Source: a virus. From it: a DNA stretch of 64,000 nt. Of the stretch, positions 63,301 to 64,000 are shown in pieces. A program made the translations under genes and the position numbers. The DNA is taken from IMG/VR virus record IMGVR_UViG_3300029258_002856; one strand, 5' to 3'. How positions within the stretch are numbered: position 1 is the stretch's first letter; every line of letters starts with the position of its first letter. A model generated the notes under the pieces. It had not been told where the DNA came from and searched no databases. It saw nothing but the letters and a program-made list of their open reading frames with translations.

Positions 63301-64000
63301 TCTCGTTTACCGCGAGTGATGGTGCCGGTGGTCTGGACTTCAACGCCGGTTCTCGGGGTTTTGATTTTGATGCTACTGGGTCTTTCGATGTCAACATTTC
63401 AAGTGGCAACTTTAGTTTCGATTCTACCGCGGCATCCAACGTTACCGTTGCAGGTGCGAACCTTACGCTCTCGACGACTACCAGTGGAGTGAACGGCGGT
63501 AACGTCCTTATCGATGCAGTTATTGGGTCATCAGCGACTGGCGGCGCAATCACAATGACCGCAGATGCGGATTCGGGATGGTCGGTTGCCGGTGGTAACT
63601 TGGCGTTTGCTACTGCTACGTCGGGAAATATCACCGCCAGTGCTGTGGACAATGCTGTTGTCACATTTGACAACGCATCCGCAGGCGGCAAGACATTCAC
63701 CATCAAAGAAGGTGCTGCGACTCTCGCCACTTTCGGCAGTGGGGATATCGCGTTCAACGCAAATGGAGGCTCTTCTGATTTTTATATTGGAAACATCTCT
63801 GCGGGGTTCCAGGGAGTGTACGCGCAGATTGATGTTTCCCACGCGACAGACGCCGCTACTTTTGGCGCTCAGGTGGATAACGCCAGTTCGGGGAATTCGG
63901 GGATTTCATTTTACAGCACGAATACTGGGAGTGGAGATTCGGACATTTTGCTCCGGGCGAGTGCTACGACGGGGAGTGGTAACGTAACTCTACGTGCCGA
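60399..64000 (+). CDS. long tail/head fibre protein (3' partial, at least 1200 aa)
   Basis: SD AAGGAG, ATG 60399; frame open where checked through to window end; KDYVD..AQGL..KE.CRVAT...ILVK..G...NGIY fibre domain; Gly/Ser/Thr/Ala-rich repeats. Confidence 0.85.
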   Translation, partial: MAFNWQTDGDFSFKDGYIGSNFGGNFALANDASEWTDLAGDTSETSLVGILHEIYSSVSSSTLAALTDTNISGLADGNILQYQTGDSKWHNIVPDYYTKTELDGGQLDNRYYTETELDGGQLDNRYYTETELDGAAGGAGAKIDKVAGAVAGNLAEMTAGGEVADSGIAAADVILRDGSVDFTSIVQYDSAKTFTNALDIVSKDYVDSVAQGLTIKEACRVATVAALPANTKTGSGVGAYLEADANGSINSVGIDGITDLAVGERILVKNEGGGASDADNGIYELTVVGDAGTPWKMTRTADFDGSPAGEVHDGCFTFIGEGSNLADTGWVLITSGTITVDTTPLEFAQFSGAGTYTAGTGLTLNGDTFHIGDGTVEARGGIDFQANDIAVSVDDVTLEISGTDVAIKAWDLQDAYDSGANGLLQLDAGIGAIVIYPSGSVASDNWTFADGDTTSDLDVTAIVEDFTVTGSGTIELTAPTVNVRSTASTINIGDNAVAQSINVGNTTSGTAVSIDAAGASYFTVDSANLTLSTTTSGNILVTAPTGVGTKIDMDADDVYVDVSSGGGIYLGSTPGTQNVQVGASSGGNSFTILGNAQSTIEVTGANLILGTATSGIIDIDSAGAIDIDAGGNVTIDTSNGSITLNNTDTALGHINFYTVGSGNINGYLAGTGAVNFQTVDGQIQLSANGSGNNLVLTSGSGIVDVNAGSHFDVTAQGQFDIKGASDSILGVLRTDNTNPVILDIYAQNSGSADATLNAYTIPLTGTTGYVKIGGNAVTGADFSYSIGEHTAQVSTLTIGATYTTSDTLVQAGSGGVKFYDAGNNGSSWAQGYVLLSDGTNAEWNTFETDFGEVSIFNALGQLYSAISGESLWDKDGSDNLTPQTAGDGLDIDAAGTASVTLDSVNNSWLKAAGANLDLAVSGAGAYVLTIESSGTGTNAIDVNATAGGIDVDAAGKIDVASSLADVAISFTASDGAGGLDFNAGSRGFDFDATGSFDVNISSGNFSFDSTAASNVTVAGANLTLSTTTSGVNGGNVLIDAVIGSSATGGAITMTADADSGWSVAGGNLAFATATSGNITASAVDNAVVTFDNASAGGKTFTIKEGAATLATFGSGDIAFNANGGSSDFYIGNISAGFQGVYAQIDVSHATDAATFGAQVDNASSGNSGISFYSTNTGSGDSDILLRASATTGSGNVTLRA
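60684..60800 (+). repeat. 45-bp in-frame tandem repeat (YYT-K/E-TELDGGQLDNR x2.6)
   Basis: Units start at 60684, 60729, 60774. Confidence 0.9.

Noticed and set aside
1-64000. tRNA genes, RNase P RNA, stop-codon reassignment, inteins or reverse transcriptase/DGR
   Set aside because: The only non-coding T-arm found belongs to tmRNA; no GGAAAGTCC RNase P signature; TAA, TAG and TGA all end coupled genes normally; no intein or RT motifs seen

Overview
This window is an internal fragment of a large tailed dsDNA phage genome (Caudoviricetes, probably jumbo-sized), using the standard genetic code with about 117 tightly coupled CDSs. Layout: a ~1.1 kb non-coding AT-rich region (1024-2146); a long + strand array of small early/accessory genes (2.1-30.8 kb) punctuated by repeated terminator+TGGTA(T/C)(C/A)AG cassettes; + strand virion/accessory genes (31.3-41.5 kb); a Nudix gene directly followed by an intact phage tmRNA (42786-43164); a - strand block with dNMP kinase, a lipoprotein transglycosylase-like gene, DinG helicase and family-4 UDG (44.1-52.6 kb); and a + strand tail module with a chaperone pair joined by a -1 frameshift signal, tape measure protein and a long fibre protein that runs off the window. 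The most unusual signals are three ORF-free, highly structured RNA candidates of no family I recognise (30811-31207, 43165-43400, 46498-46953), a recurrent A-E-x-I-A-x-A-V-L-x-K-x-A helix motif in putative virion-internal proteins, and an expanded [YF]-L-x-E-K-G paralog family. All product calls come from motif recognition by eye; no database searches or folding computations were run.
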